A stretch of 64,000 nucleotides of DNA from Raja brachyura. Lineage: Eukaryota. The translations under genes were made by a program, and so were the position numbers. The first letter of the stretch is position 1, and the number at the start of each line of letters is the position of its first letter. The notes under the pieces are model-generated. The model did not search any database, was not told the DNA's origin, and was given only the letters and a program-made list of their open reading frames with translations. Below, in pieces: positions 25,941 to 38,366 of the stretch. Location of the stretch: contig OY740804.1 in NCBI GenBank assembly GCA_963514005.1, positions 19,716,001-19,780,000 of the forward strand, written 5' to 3'.

Positions 25941-26270
25941 GCCAAGTCTGTGCAACTGCATTGGTCAATGACTACAGATGTAGTCGGGTGAACGTCAATA
26001 CCACCCTGTCCGTCCATCTGAAACAGGCGCCCACCGTCCTTCAATGGACCTTCCGCAAGTTGCCAAAATCCCAGCCCTCTGTCATCTGTACCTGGAACCC
26101 GAATGACAAGCAGGAATGCCATGGTATCTACAAGCAACGGGCACACATCTACAACAATGGCACACTGGTGCTGGAGTCAGTCCGTGCAGCTGACGCTGGC
26201 TACTACTGCCTACACGCTGAGTTTAGCAAAGGGAAAAGCATCTTCTTCAGCATGCAGCTATATGTTTTTG
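25941..26270 (+). CDS. Gene B exon 3, IgV domain 2
   Basis: Acceptor TTGCTCCCAG|, donor TTTG|GTGGGT, 330 nt; close paralog of exon 2. Confidence 0.9.
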
Positions 26271-27503
26271 GTGGGTCAGGCTCTCAATTCCAGTCCGTCC
26301 CTAAAGCTCCATGCCACTGCCTCTGTATCCTCCTGCTATCGAGCTCCACCTTGCCATCCTCACCACTGCACGACCTCTCTGATCACCTCCACTCCACACA
26401 AGCCAAATGTCTCTCTGTCCTCGTCTCTTCACCCCACTATGAACCATCCATTTACTGCAGCTCTCTGCCTTATGTACCCCTACTGTTCCACAGCATTACC
26501 TTTGTCCCTCTCTACATCGCTCCCTTCTTCCCACTCCTGATCTCCCTACCTTTATCCAACTCCACATTCCAAACAACTCTTACATGTCCCTGTTTCACTC
26601 TGCATTGCTACCTCTATTTGGCACCTACATCATTCTCCATCACACTCTAGCTTCCTCAGTCCCCCAGAGTATCTGTCCTATTGTCCTTCAGTGTCTGATC
26701 CAGCCATCCCCACTCTGACCCAGCCTTTCCCCCAAATTTGGAGCCGCCGTCCATACCCGACACTCCGCTGCCATGGACTTCCCCACCCTGCCTCAGCACC
26801 AAGCACAGTCCCCCATGCCCAGCACCTCGCCCACACATCTGCTCCTCGAACAAGCCTTGTACCTTGCCCACCCAATCACGTCTCACCCCTCCCCCACTCG
26901 CCTCTCCCCACCATTCGTCCCTCTCCCACTCACCCACACCTTGCACCTCCGACACCCAATCGCACCTTCGCCAAGACGCATCTCTCCCCCACCCACAGCC
27001 CTCCCTTCCCCACTCGCCACTCCCCCAAGACGACCCTTCCTCTCCCATTGACACTCCCGCCCATACCTCCTACCTCACGCATCCACCACCACCTCTTCCA
27101 CACCTCGCTCCCCCACCCACGTTTCCCCCACACCCTGTAACTGTTCTCCCACGCTTGGCACCTCACCTAAGCCAAGGACTTCCCCCTACCACAGCTCTGC
27201 AGACCTACCCCCTCCCCCCACGGACACTCCTCCCTCTTCAAGGTGGACCTAACCACCCACCCACCCGCTCGCTCCGCCTTAGGCGCAGACTCCTCAACCC
27301 CTCAACTGTCACCTCCACAGTGCAGAGGTGCAGACCTCACCAACCCACCCCTTCTTCCTCCATCTGGACAAACCCCCCACCCATCTACCCCTCATTCCTA
27401 GGCATAACCTGCACAACCCGCTCCTCCACCCATGCCATAACCTTTTTTCCCACCCTCCCATGACTGCTTTGATCACTACTAAAGAACATTCTTTCCTTTT
27501 CAG

Positions 27504-27577
27504 CCTCCTCATCGAGGACAGTTCGATCACCACTTCCACTGCTTCTCGGACTGATGCTGCTGAAATGCTCCCTGTAG
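27504..27577 (+). CDS. Gene B exon 4, probable GPI-anchor signal ASSSRTVRSPLPLLLGLMLLKCSL*
   Basis: Acceptor TTCTTTCCTTTTCAG|, phase 1. Small residues, spacer, hydrophobic end. Donor AAG|GTAAAC at 27596/27597. Confidence 0.78.
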
Positions 27578-27939
27578 TGACTGAGTGGGATTAAAGGTAA
27601 ACGTTCCAGAGCATTATCAACAGCTGACAGTCCCAGAACCCATGAACTCGTCCACCCTCTTAATCTGCCCAATGCTCAAGCGCTCTCCCCTTTCAGACTT
27701 CCCACCTACTATATCCCCCATAGTCTACTAATTTGCTCCCTATTACCATCTCCCCATCCCATTGATTCTCCTCCCTCAGTTCATTGCAGACTGTCCCCAT
27801 CCATTGAATCCCCTCCCACAGTCCAAGGACACCCGTCCCCTTCTCCGATTTTCCCCATGTTAAATTGCACTTACCCCTGTGTTCTGAATGCCTCGTCAGC
27901 AAACTGTTTGACAACTCCTGCCTTTTTATTGTCCCACAG

Positions 27940-28370
27940 GACGTCCCAGTCTGAACCGTGATCCAAGCTGACGAGATCCAGCAGACGGTTGAGGATTTTC
28001 TCGTCACGGAAGCCGGAGCCCTTTCCATTGGAAAGGTGTGAATGTGGGCAGCTGGGAGTGACCGCAAGACCCTGGTGACACTGGACCAGGAACCCCATCT
28101 GACATCTCGATCTGATGCTGTCTGCTGCCCCCACCCCATTAGACCCCATGGGGTGTGGGGCAGTTCCCTTCCCCTACCCCTCCTGAGGTCAAACTCTGCC
28201 TGTCTGCACTTATACTTACCCTGGGCGGAAAGAGTGAAGTACCTCCAGAATTTACCCTCTGTGGGGACTGTGGGAGAGTTGTGGAGAAGAGAAAGTGTTG
28301 TGGGAGTGGGAAGGGTTCCTGGATTGGGGTGTAGTGAAGCTTCAACTCATCCAAATAAAACGCTAGATAT
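27940..28370 (+). other. Gene B terminal (3' UTR) exon with polyA signal
   Basis: Acceptor GTCCCACAG|; AATAAA at 28354; homologous to 48210-48661. Confidence 0.7.
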
Positions 28371-29534
28371 TAATGGATTCTCATTGTCCGCTCCTCTTCA
28401 TTTTAGGCCATATAGCTGATACCAGCAGAAGTGGAGAGGACACAAGGACTCAGAGTTCACTCCTGATGTTTTCTGCATTGAAAACTGCTTGTAGCTACCT
28501 CCTTGTATTCTGACCATGGCCTGTTAACATCGCTGTCACCTCCTCCCTCTCTTGAGCGCCTCACTTTAATGACACGCAACTGGCGCGCATCATGTTTTTT
28601 GCATGAGCAGGCTTACTGGACCAAAGATGTGTGCCTATGCCCAAGCACTCTGAAGTAGGAAGTGGGTATCAACTGCTTAGTAGAACCGCCGAGCAGAGAT
28701 AAGGCAACCTTACATCCAAGCAGATAAAGGAGCACAATTCATTTTTGATGTATATAAAATTAACGATATGGGGAAGCTGAGCAATAAAGGATGTTTATCC
28801 TGCTTGGGGGCAAAGCTAATGGGCCTGAAGATAGACACAAAATGCTGGAGTAGTTCAGCGGATCAGGCAGCATTGCTAGAGAAAAGGAATATGTGACGTT
28901 TCGGGTCAAGACTTCTTCAGTATTTTGTGTCGATATTTGGTGTAAAGCAGCATCTGCATTCCATTGTTACACACTCTAATGAGCCTGACTCATTTTCCCC
29001 ACCTTGTCACTACTGTAGATACTGCCATTTCAAGTTTCTCACTTTTTTAGAGGGTGGGACACACACTATGAATCATTGGACCCCATGGAGTATTGAGGAG
29101 CAGAGGGATCTAGGTAGTGAAGAAGGTGTAAGGAACGTCCCCTCCTCCTCCTCTTCCCCCCTCTCTCCCCCACACCCACCCCCTCCCCCTCCCCCCATGC
29201 TGCTCAGTTAGCCATCTCTGCCAGTGCCTACAGCAATTGTAAGGGAAACTGACTGTATCCAAAGTCGGCAGCGACTCTCATTCCCAAATGATGGGCGATT
29301 CCATTGTATCATCAGCACGGCACCACTTCGTTGGCACAGCCGAGACCAAAGATGGCAGAGATTGCAAAACGAAATGCAGGAGTAACTCGGCGGGACAGGC
29401 AGCATCTCTGGAGAGAAGGAATTGTGACATTTCGGATCGAGACCTTTCAGGCCAAAGATCAGAGAGCTCCGCTCTATAACCTTTGCTTCAGAAGAGGCCT
29501 GCTCGGTCTGGCAGAGTCAGAGCACGCTGTGTTA

Positions 29535-29770
29535 AAGAAGGAACTGCAGATGCTGGAAAATCGAGGGTACACACAAAGCTGGAGAAACTCAACGGGTGCA
29601 GCAGCATCTAAGGAGCGAACGTTTCGGGCCGAAACCCTTCTTCAGAGGTCTGAAGAAGGGTCTCGACCCGAAACGTCGCCTATCTCCTTCGCTCCTTAGA
29701 TGCTGCTGCACCCGCTGAGTTTCTCCAGCTTTTTGTGTAACCCACCCTTCTTCAGACCCTTTTTGTGTAC
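29535..29770. mobile_element. Penelope terminal repeats in inverted orientation
   Basis: ~29570-29646 is the near-perfect reverse complement of ~29649-29740. Confidence 0.75.
29646..29681 (+). ncRNA. Minimal type I hammerhead ribozyme motif (Penelope-associated)
   Basis: AGGT-CTGAAGA-A-GGGTCTCGACCC-GAAA-CG-TC-GCCT: intact core, stem II, palindromic ACGT helix III, 4-bp stem I. Confidence 0.7.
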
Positions 29771-29809
29771 CCTCAGAGCAAGCTGTGGTTGGTGGAGAGC
29801 TGCTGTGGC

Positions 29810-30032
29810 GACGGGCACTGCGCCAGCTGCGATTGGTGGAGGCGGGCGGAACGGGGAGGATGCTGATTGGATGGAGCGGGGTGAGCGAAGATTGGAGGAA
29901 AGGGGGGAGTCCGTCGTAGTTGGTGGAATTGGCGGAGACCGTGGGCCAATTACAGCTGGCCAGGCGGAAGGAAGGGGGAGCAAGATGTGATTGGTGGCGG
30001 TGCACGCGCCGGACCAACCCCCGGCCTTCGCC
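29810..30032 (+). promoter_or_regulatory. Gene C promoter with six CCAAT boxes
   Basis: ATTGG at 29832, 29866, 29891, 29928 and 29990; CCAAT at 29946; CpG-rich. Confidence 0.65.
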
Positions 30033-30072
30033 ATGATTGCCGTCCTCGGGCTCCTCTTGGCTTTTTGGGCCG
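30033..30072 (+). CDS. Gene C exon 1, signal peptide MIAVLGLLLAFWA
   Basis: GCCATG start, hydrophobic leader, phase-1 donor GCCG|GTAAGG. Confidence 0.85.
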
Positions 30073-30419
30073 GTAAGGCGAGGTCTTCATCCCCAACTCG
30101 TTCCCCATCAAACTCCCCTCACCCTGCCTCCCACTGACTTCCATTCCTCCTTCTCAAGGAATAGGAGGGCACCTGGAGACAAGTGACATGGTCAGGCAGA
30201 GTCAACGTACATTAATGGTCAAACCGTCGTCGACAAATGATTTTTTAAAAACTAGCAGATGAAGGGAAACCAGTGGATGTGATGTATATGGACCTTGAGA
30301 AACCTTCCCTCAAGCCGTCTACACTTCCCCATGTGTCCTATTTGCCTCCCCAACCACACCCTTTTTCAAACTCCCTTTTTTGTTCGAATTCTTGTGTCTT
30401 GTTTCCTCTCCGTTTCTGT

Positions 30420-31655
30420 TTCGTTTATTGTCACGTGTACCTCGGTACAGTGAAAAGCTTTTGTTACGTGCTAACGACTCAGCAGAAAGATTACAACCGT
30501 GCCGTTTACTGTATGGATACATGATAAGGGAATAACGTTTGGTGCAAGGGTAAGCCAGTAAAGTTCGATCAAAGATGTGTTCTAGGGTCACCAATGAGGT
30601 AGATAGTAGTTCAGGACTGCTCTCTGGTGGTAATTGCAGTGAAGAAAGCGAATGGTATGTTAGCTTTCACAGCAAAAGGATTTGAGTATAGGAGCAGGGA
30701 GGTTCCACTTCAGTTGTATAGGGTCTTGGTGAGACCACACCTGGAGTATTGCGTATAGTTCTGGTCTCCAAATCTGAGGAAGGACATTATTGCCATAGAG
30801 GGAGTGCAGAGAAGGTTCACCAGACTGATTCCTGGGATGTCAGGACTGTCTTATGAAGAAAGACTGGATAGACTCCGTTTATACTCTCTGGAATTTAGGA
30901 GATTGAGAGGGGATCTTATAGAAACTTACAAAATTCTTAAGGGGTTGGACAGGCTAGATGCAGGAAGATTGTTCCCGATGTTGGGGAGGTCCAGGACAAG
31001 GGGTCACAGCTTAAGGATAAGGGGGAAATCCTTTAGGACCGAGATGAGAAGGACTTTTTTTCACACAGAGAGTGGTGGGTCTCTGGACCTCTCTGCCACA
31101 GAGGGTAGTTGAGGCCAGTTCATTGGCTATATTTAAGAGGGAGTTAGATGTGGCCCTTGTGGCTAAGGGGATCAGAGAGTATGGAGAGAAGGCAGGTACG
31201 GGATACTGAGTTGGATGATCAGCCATGATCATATTGAATGGCGGTGCAGGCTCGAAGGACCGAATGGCCTACACCTGCACCTAATTTCTATGTTTCTATG
31301 GTATGATGAGTCAGTTGCCTGATAATAGTTCAGAAGAAACTATCCCTGAATCTGGAGGTGTGCGTTTTTACACTTCTATATGTTTTGCCAGAGGGGAGAG
31401 GAGGGAGTGGCCAGGGTGCGACTCGTTCTTGATTATGCTGCTGGTCTTGCTGAGGCAGCATAAGGTATCAATTGAGTCAATGGAATTGAGGTTGGTTTGT
31501 GTGATGGTCCTGGGGTGCATCCACAATTCACTGCAATTTCTTGCGATCTTGGATGTAGTTGTCCCCAAACCAAGCTATGATACATCCTGATAAAATGCAT
31601 CCTTTGACACATCTATGGAAGTTGGTGAGAGTTGTTGGGGACATGCCGAACTTCC
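30420..31655 (-). mobile_element. Rex1/Babar-like LINE 3' fragment interrupted by a CR1
   Basis: Minus ORF ending SIIKNESHPGHSLLSPL resembles the Rex/Babar ORF C-terminus. Confidence 0.55.
30636..31300 (+). mobile_element. Young 5'-truncated CR1
   Basis: Highly similar to 10499-11170, with TTTCTATG tail. Confidence 0.95.
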
Positions 31656-33199
31656 TAAAGGGCCTGTCCCGCTATTTGCGAGTTTAGGAGAGTTTGCGCT
31701 CGTCACAAGCTCACAGCATGGTTGACACATGGTCGTAGGCTGTCACTGGCAGGTCTCCTTCATAGTCGAGAGGAGTTCCCGCATAGTGGTTACTATTCAT
31801 GGCCTCTGTTTGGTCGAGGAAAATCTTTCAACAAGGCGAAAATTTTTCTGCAAGTAAAAATTGGTCGGCATGGAGAAAATTGATACTTTTGAACTCATAG
31901 TGCAGTGGTAGTGGGGTCACCATGTCGTTGTAGGTAGTCGTCGTCGCCGTAGGTAATCTCCTTTGCTGACCGGGCATTTTAATTGGCTCATTGGGGAAAA
32001 AAACATAAGCAAGAGTTTTCAAAACCAAGGAAAACCAACCGGTAATGTTAAATGCCCGTTAGATTTCACAGCTGTGTATGTTTGGCTTATTAAAAGTTGT
32101 CTGGCTTCTTAAAAGTGTCTCCACTCCTTCTCCCCCCCTTCTCTCCCCTTTTGTTCAGGGCCATAGAAAATAGGTGCAGGAGGAGTCCATTTGGCCCTTC
32201 GAACCAGCACTGCCATTCATTGTGATCATGGCTGATCATCCCCAATCAGTAACCTGTGCCTGCCTTCTCCCCATATCCCTTGATTCCACTAGCCCCGAGA
32301 GCTTGTGAGTGGCCAGAATGAGGCCACTCACAAGTGGGAGAACAGAACCTCGTTTTTTGCTTGGGTACCTTACAGTCCAACGGTATGAACATTAAATTGT
32401 TTTATTTCAAGGAAACTTTGCCAATCACGCCTCTTTTTTCCCTGACTCTACCTTGACACTGGTACGTACACAAGCCTCCCTGTCCTCTCTAACAATATAC
32501 CACCCTCTGGCTTCACATTTCACAACTCTTTTTTTGAATTGAATTGAATTGAATACTTTATTGTCATATGTGACAAGTCACAGTAAATTCTTTGCTTGCA
32601 TACCCAAGGTATGCAAATGGCTCCACAGCTCAAACTATTCCTACTTTGAAGAAGTTCTCTTCTCTCTGATGTGAGTGCCGTGAGACCCTCTCTCATTGCT
32701 GCCACTCTATGATACCTGTTGCTCTCCTGCTCTTTGTCCATCTTCTGACTTAGATTTGTTACTCCAGCCACATGTACTTCCTCAGCAATGGCCTTCATCA
32801 CCATCTTGTCCCACCTGGCTTCCAGCTCCAGGCCTTCAGGTTCGAGCCCAACAACAGTCTAAGGTATCTGCATTCCATGTACCACTTCTTGCAACAGTTC
32901 TCCCTCCTCGCCCGAGAACAATTGCCTCTGCTAGGTCGTACTGCTTCGCAGCCACCTCCAGACCATGGGCCATAACATAACCACTGCTGGGCCCTGCTGC
33001 CCTTCCTCCTCCCTCCTACTTACCCTTCCCCTACCCCCACCACCCCACACACACCCTTCTCCTCTAAATCCCCGTCTTCCCTCCATGGTACCTCTGCTGA
33101 ATCCCCCCTCGCCTCTCTGCCTTCCTCAAAACTTGTTTGCACCAAGCCCCAACTTCTATCACGTTGTCCCCAGCCCCCCTGCCCTCCCCTCTCCAATGC

Positions 33200-34500
33200 T
33201 GTGATCTGTCCTTAGCTGAGGTCTTACCTTCTGTGTACCCTCGTGTCCACACTTAGTTCTGAACCCGCCATGATGTCAAGCTCATCATCCATCGCCTCCA
33301 GGCCAACTTCTCAGCCAAGGAATCCTGGTTCCTTCACTGACAACACCTTCTCTTGTCTCCAACACTCCTCTTCTTCCTGTATTCCCTCTGCCAGCCTTCT
33401 TCATTCTCTCAACCTCTCTCATCTCCCAACTGCCTGTGCAATATAAACCACCTTGATTTCTCCTCTCCCCATACCCACTTCAATCTTACCCCCTCGAATG
33501 CCCAGCCCTCCACTCAGTACCAATTCCAATATTGTCATCAAGGGAAATGCCGATATAATCTGGCAGGCTGACCTCTACCAATTTGACCCCATGTGCCAGC
33601 TCTCTGAAATCTGCTTATACTACTCCTCGACCATGACTCCGCTGATGATCGCCTGGCCATCATATCACAAACGATCATCAATCCTATTTTCGCCGGCGAT
33701 CTCCCCATCACAGTCCCCAACCTTATAGTTCCTCAACGCTGCACCGCCTGCTGATATTTAGACTTCACTCCTTCCCACCCTGCTTCCTGTAAAGACTCTA
33801 TCCCTCCTCCCAATTCCTCCATCTATGCCGCATCTGCACCCACGATGAGGTTTTCCATACCAAGTCATCGAAGATGACCTCATTCTTTAGGAAACGGGGG
33901 TTCCCCTCTTCAATTATAGATGAGGCTCTCACTAGGGACTCCTCGATATCCCGCAGTTCCGCTCTTGCTCCCTCTCCCCCAATTCTTAACAAGGACAGAG
34001 TCCCCCTGGTTCTCACCTTCCACCCTGTCGGCCGTCGCATACAGCATATAATCCTCCAACATTTTTGCCACCTCCAATGGTATCCCACTACTGGCCACAT
34101 CTTCCCATCTCCACCCCTTTCTGCTTTCTGCAGAGACCGTCTCCTCCAACCGTAGGAGATGCAATACCTGTCCCTTTACCTTCCCCTTGACTCCCTCGAT
34201 GAACCCCCAACAGTCTTTTCAAGTGAGGCAGAGGTTCACTTGCACCTCCTCCAACCTCATCGACTGTATCCGCTGTTCCAGGTGTCAACTCCTGTACATC
34301 GGCGAGACCAAGCGCAGGCTCGACGATCATTTTGCTGAACATTTCCGCTCAGTCCATCTTAACCTACCTGATCTCCTGTTTGCTCAGCATTTCAACTACC
34401 CCTGAAGAAGTCTGAAGAAGTTTCTCGACCCGAATCGTCACCCATTTCTTCTCTCCAGAGATGCTGCCTTTCCCACTGAGTTACTCCAGCATTTTGTGAC
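33200..34500 (+). mobile_element. Decayed Penelope-like element (RT C-terminus, GIY-YIG, terminal repeat)
   Basis: MTSFFRKRGFPSSII..RVPLVLTFHP; FTCTSSNLIDCIRCSRCQLLYIGETKRRL; degenerate hammerhead at ~34412. Confidence 0.85.
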
Positions 34501-34772
34501 TGCCTGTTTCTATCTCCTTCCCAAAATATATAAACGGTGCTGCCCTGGAAAAGTCATTGTTCTGCCAGCTCCCGCACTACCAAATACCTCGGCTCTATCT
34601 AGTTGTCTCCCTCCCCCCCCCCCCCCCCCCCCCCCCCACAGTCCCTTCAACCTACATCCAAGATACCTCCCACACTCTTTAACACATTAATAACTTCCAG
34701 TTTCTAGAGCCCCATCACCTCATCTTTACCATGGATACCCTGTCCTTTTAAATCTCCATTCCCCATCAAGAG

Positions 34773-35075
34773 AGCACAGTGGTGTAGCTATAGAGTTGTT
34801 GTCTTACAGCGCCTGAGACCTGGGTTCGATCCTAAATCTGGGTGCTTATCTGTACGGAGTTTGTACGTTCTTCCTGTGTCCTGCATGGGTTTTCTCTGAG
34901 AACTTCGGTTTCCTCCCACACTCAGGTTTGTAGGCTAATTGGCTTGGTATAAATGTAAAAATAGTCCCTAGTGTAGGATGGTGTTAATGTGCAGTGATCG
35001 CTGGTTGGTGCAGACTCGGTTGGCCGAAGGGCCTGTTTCCATGCTGTATCTCTCAACTAAACAAAACTAAACTAA
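34773..35075 (+). mobile_element. tRNA-derived V-SINE (HE1-like)
   Basis: A-box-like TGGTGTAGCTATAG, B box GGGTTCGATCC, central TGTACGGAGTTTGTACGTTCT, LINE-like tail GGCCGAAGGGCCTGTTTCC and (AAACT)n. Confidence 0.8.
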
Positions 35076-37980
35076 TATTTCTCACCAACCTAGTCAGCCC
35101 GTGCCTATCCCCCACCTCTTAACAATCATCTCCTATTCCTACTCTCATATTTCCCTTTTATCCACCCTCTTTCCCCACTCCCCCGTTCCCATCCACCCAT
35201 ATATTTTCCTCTGGATTTACATCTTATACCTCCTCTTTATTTATTTGACACCTTTTTCACCTCTAGCCTTTTGTCACATTCCACCCATCTGCCAATCACC
35301 CACTCCCTTTACATGTATCCACCTATCACTTGCCAGACTTTTTCCCATGCCCATCCTTCTTTTGCAGCTTTCTGCCCCCTACCCGAAAATGTGTCTGACC
35401 AATCCCTCCAGGGAGGCTGCCTGACCCGCTGAGTTCCTTCAGCACTTAGTTTTTTTGTTCAAATTTGCAGCATCCGCCAATGTGTTGTCTTCTCGTTCTT
35501 CATCAACGTAATCCCCCATCCAGCCTTTACTCCTCCCTCCTAACTATCCCCCCAACTTTCAGACCTCCCTCTACCTTCCAGGCCATTGCTTGTGCTTCCT
35601 TCTCTCGCTTCATGCAAATATACATTGAACTCTCCCTCTGATCTTCAATATGACTTCAACCCTTATGAGCCTTCTGTTCTTATTAGCCTCCCCTTAGCAC
35701 TCTCCTTCTATACTCCAGTACCACTCACAAACCCATATATGATCCGTTATATCTTATTAGCCTCCACCCACCTCTCTGTCTCCATCCTACATAATCCTTT
35801 CCTTCAGCTCACCCACAACTGCACCCACCACCATTCCCTCTAACTTGCTTCCATCCTGCCTTCCGATCCTTGTCCATTCCCTTTGATGAACCCTCAGTCA
35901 ATCTGTTCCATCACCATTTATTCCTACTCTCCATCCCATAGTCCCTCGCACTAACATCCTGCTCTCTGACACTATCTTCAACCCTCTTGCATGCTTCCCA
36001 CCAACACAATCTCTTTTTCCTCAAATATTCCCTCTTGCAACACCCCCTCCTTTCCTCCAAAGTTCCTTTAATCTGATTCCCAACCAGATTCTCCTTCCAT
36101 CCCTCTGATTCCCTACATCTGCCACTCCCTGTTGCTTTCTTGTATACTTCAATGCTTCCTTTCAGTATCTTCCTTTAACTTCAGCTGAACATTTCCCTTG
36201 ATTGCCACCCCAATCCCCTCTCATTCAACCTAACCCTCCTTTAATGCCTCCCGTGGTCCTCCCTCACATCCTCTATCCAAAATATAATCCTCTCCTCCGA
36301 TGTTCTAATGATTTGGCCACCTTCAATGCAAAACCAATCTCTTGCTCAGACCTTTGCACAAATCCTCGCTTGATCACTCCAAAGGTGTTTAGATCAATAT
36401 TTATAACCCTCTTTCAATTTATTTCTCTATTTTCTGCCCTATTCAGTCCAACCTTACATCTTCAGTCTCTTCCTGCAACTCTCATTCAAGCCCAACCTCA
36501 ATTCTTACCGACCCATCCATTGATCACTTCTTCTAGCCCTTATCCCCTCCCATCAACGATCTCTCCATCCTTCTAACTAAGTGGTTCCTTTAATCCTATC
36601 TCAATCCCACCTCAATGCCTCTTTGGGCTCCTTCCCATTACCTCCTACAGTACTTCTCGCCGGTGCCATAATTTCCTTGCATCCAACCACTGTCCATGAC
36701 CAGGGTTCCTGTCCTACTTGTACACTTGCCCAGGCTCGGGTTCTGGTGCCCCTGTACACTTGCCAAGGTTCCTGATCCCATGGTCGCGGTTCACTCTTTG
36801 GGGCCTCATGTTGGGGTACCGAACTCTCTCCAGTATTGTGTTCCCTGACTGCTCCCCCTGACACGTTCCTGCAGCCCCTACCACCCCCTCCCTCAATGGC
36901 CCCTGCCAGACCTCCCCCCCCTCTCCCCATCCCCTGAACCCCTTAACATCCCCCATGGACCACACCCCCCCCCCCCCCCCAACCCATCCAGACCAACCAA
37001 CACCAACCACCACTTGACTCCCCATTCCCAACAACATGTTTCCCCTGACCCCACCCAACGCCACTCACAAACCTCCTGACCCTCCCTATACTCAAGGATT
37101 TGTCTCACCCAGGATCTTTCTCTTTATCTTTTCCATCCCTTCCCCCACCCCAGGTTTGTTACTTAGCTCATTACCCACGCCCACCTGGCTTCAACTTCTC
37201 ACCATCCCCCATCTCAATTGGTTCCTCCTAGTAGCTCCTGGCTCTCCTCCCTCTCATCTCTTTACACCAGCTTTCTCCCCTCTCCACTCTCAGTCTTGAT
37301 TCAGAACCTCAACCCAAAATATTGAGCATCCTTCTGCCTCCACAGATGCTGCTAAACTCCAAGCTCCTTCAACAGTTTTATTTTTGCTCCTTGGTCATCA
37401 AATGGTATAATTCTGCTATTCTCTCCTCCCTCAACCTCATCTGCAACCACATATCCATGTTCCTACCTCCTCCCTCTCTCCCTCGTCATTCTCTTTTCTC
37501 ATCATCCCCTCTCTCTACACTTCTCCCTTCTTCCTGCTCCCTGCAGTTAATTCTCCCCATCCACTCTTCTTCTGTTACGGCTTCATCTTTCACCCACCTT
37601 ATTCCTTTCGGGAAACATTTCTCTCTGTGCCATCTTCTTTTCAGTCCCTCATTCTGTGTCCACCATCCCCAATTTTTCATGTCTTTCTCTCCTTCTCAAC
37701 CTCTTACCTCACACCATGTCTCCCTCTCATACCCTTTCTTCCATTATTTTCCTTATATCTTGTCGCTCACTACTCAGCTCTCTATACCCCGTTCCCACTC
37801 TCTCTTCCATTCTTTTGACCTTTCCAAATGCCCCCCTTCACGTCTGCCCCCCTTTCCTTCCATCCCTCTCCCGCCCCCTTGCCGCCCCTCGCCCCCTTGT
37901 CCTCACGCCCTGATCTGCCTGTACCCCCTCCCCTTTACTCTCTTTCTATTCCCTCCCCTTTCTTTCTACCTCCCCTCTAA

Positions 37981-38290
37981 AGGGCCTGTCCCACTGTACA
38001 AAGTAATTCAAGAGTTCTCCTGAGTTTCCCCTGATTCAAACTTGGAGAATTACGGTAATAGCTGCTCTTAGGTACTCGGGGCTCTCGTGGACACGCTCCG
38101 CACCTGTTGAAAAAACTTTACGAGCTTACCGCGTTTCCCGAGTACCTACCGTTAGCGTTACAAGCCGCTAAGAGACGTCCCAAGCTCTGACGTACCCGCT
38201 ACGTTCATTTTACGTACTTGCCACAAGTTTGATTTTTTTTTTTAAACTCGGGAGAGCTCTTGGGTAAACTCATCTAGTGGGACAGGCCCT
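37981..38290. mobile_element. PIF/Harbinger MITE
   Basis: Perfect 15-bp TIR AGGGCCTGTCCCACT and TAA TSD on both sides. A related left end starts at 31659. Confidence 0.88.
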
Positions 38291-38366
38291 TAACACTTTG
38301 TTTATTCTATCTCTCCCTCCTTCCACTCCCCCCCCCAAACCCCCGCCCCCCATACCCTCTCTGCAG

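Noticed and set aside
25901-26650. 249-aa single-exon IgV with hydrophobic tail
   Set aside because: The homologous donor at 26270 matches V1. The extension is pyrimidine-rich intron. Intron retention is not excluded but has no support.
26656-27463. Pro/His/Ser-rich ORFs here and at 35100-38000 and 56135-56800
   Set aside because: Products of C-rich or G-rich low-complexity DNA and decayed repeats.
34773-34850. tRNA gene
   Set aside because: A/B boxes continue into a SINE body and LINE-type tail; no convincing cloverleaf.
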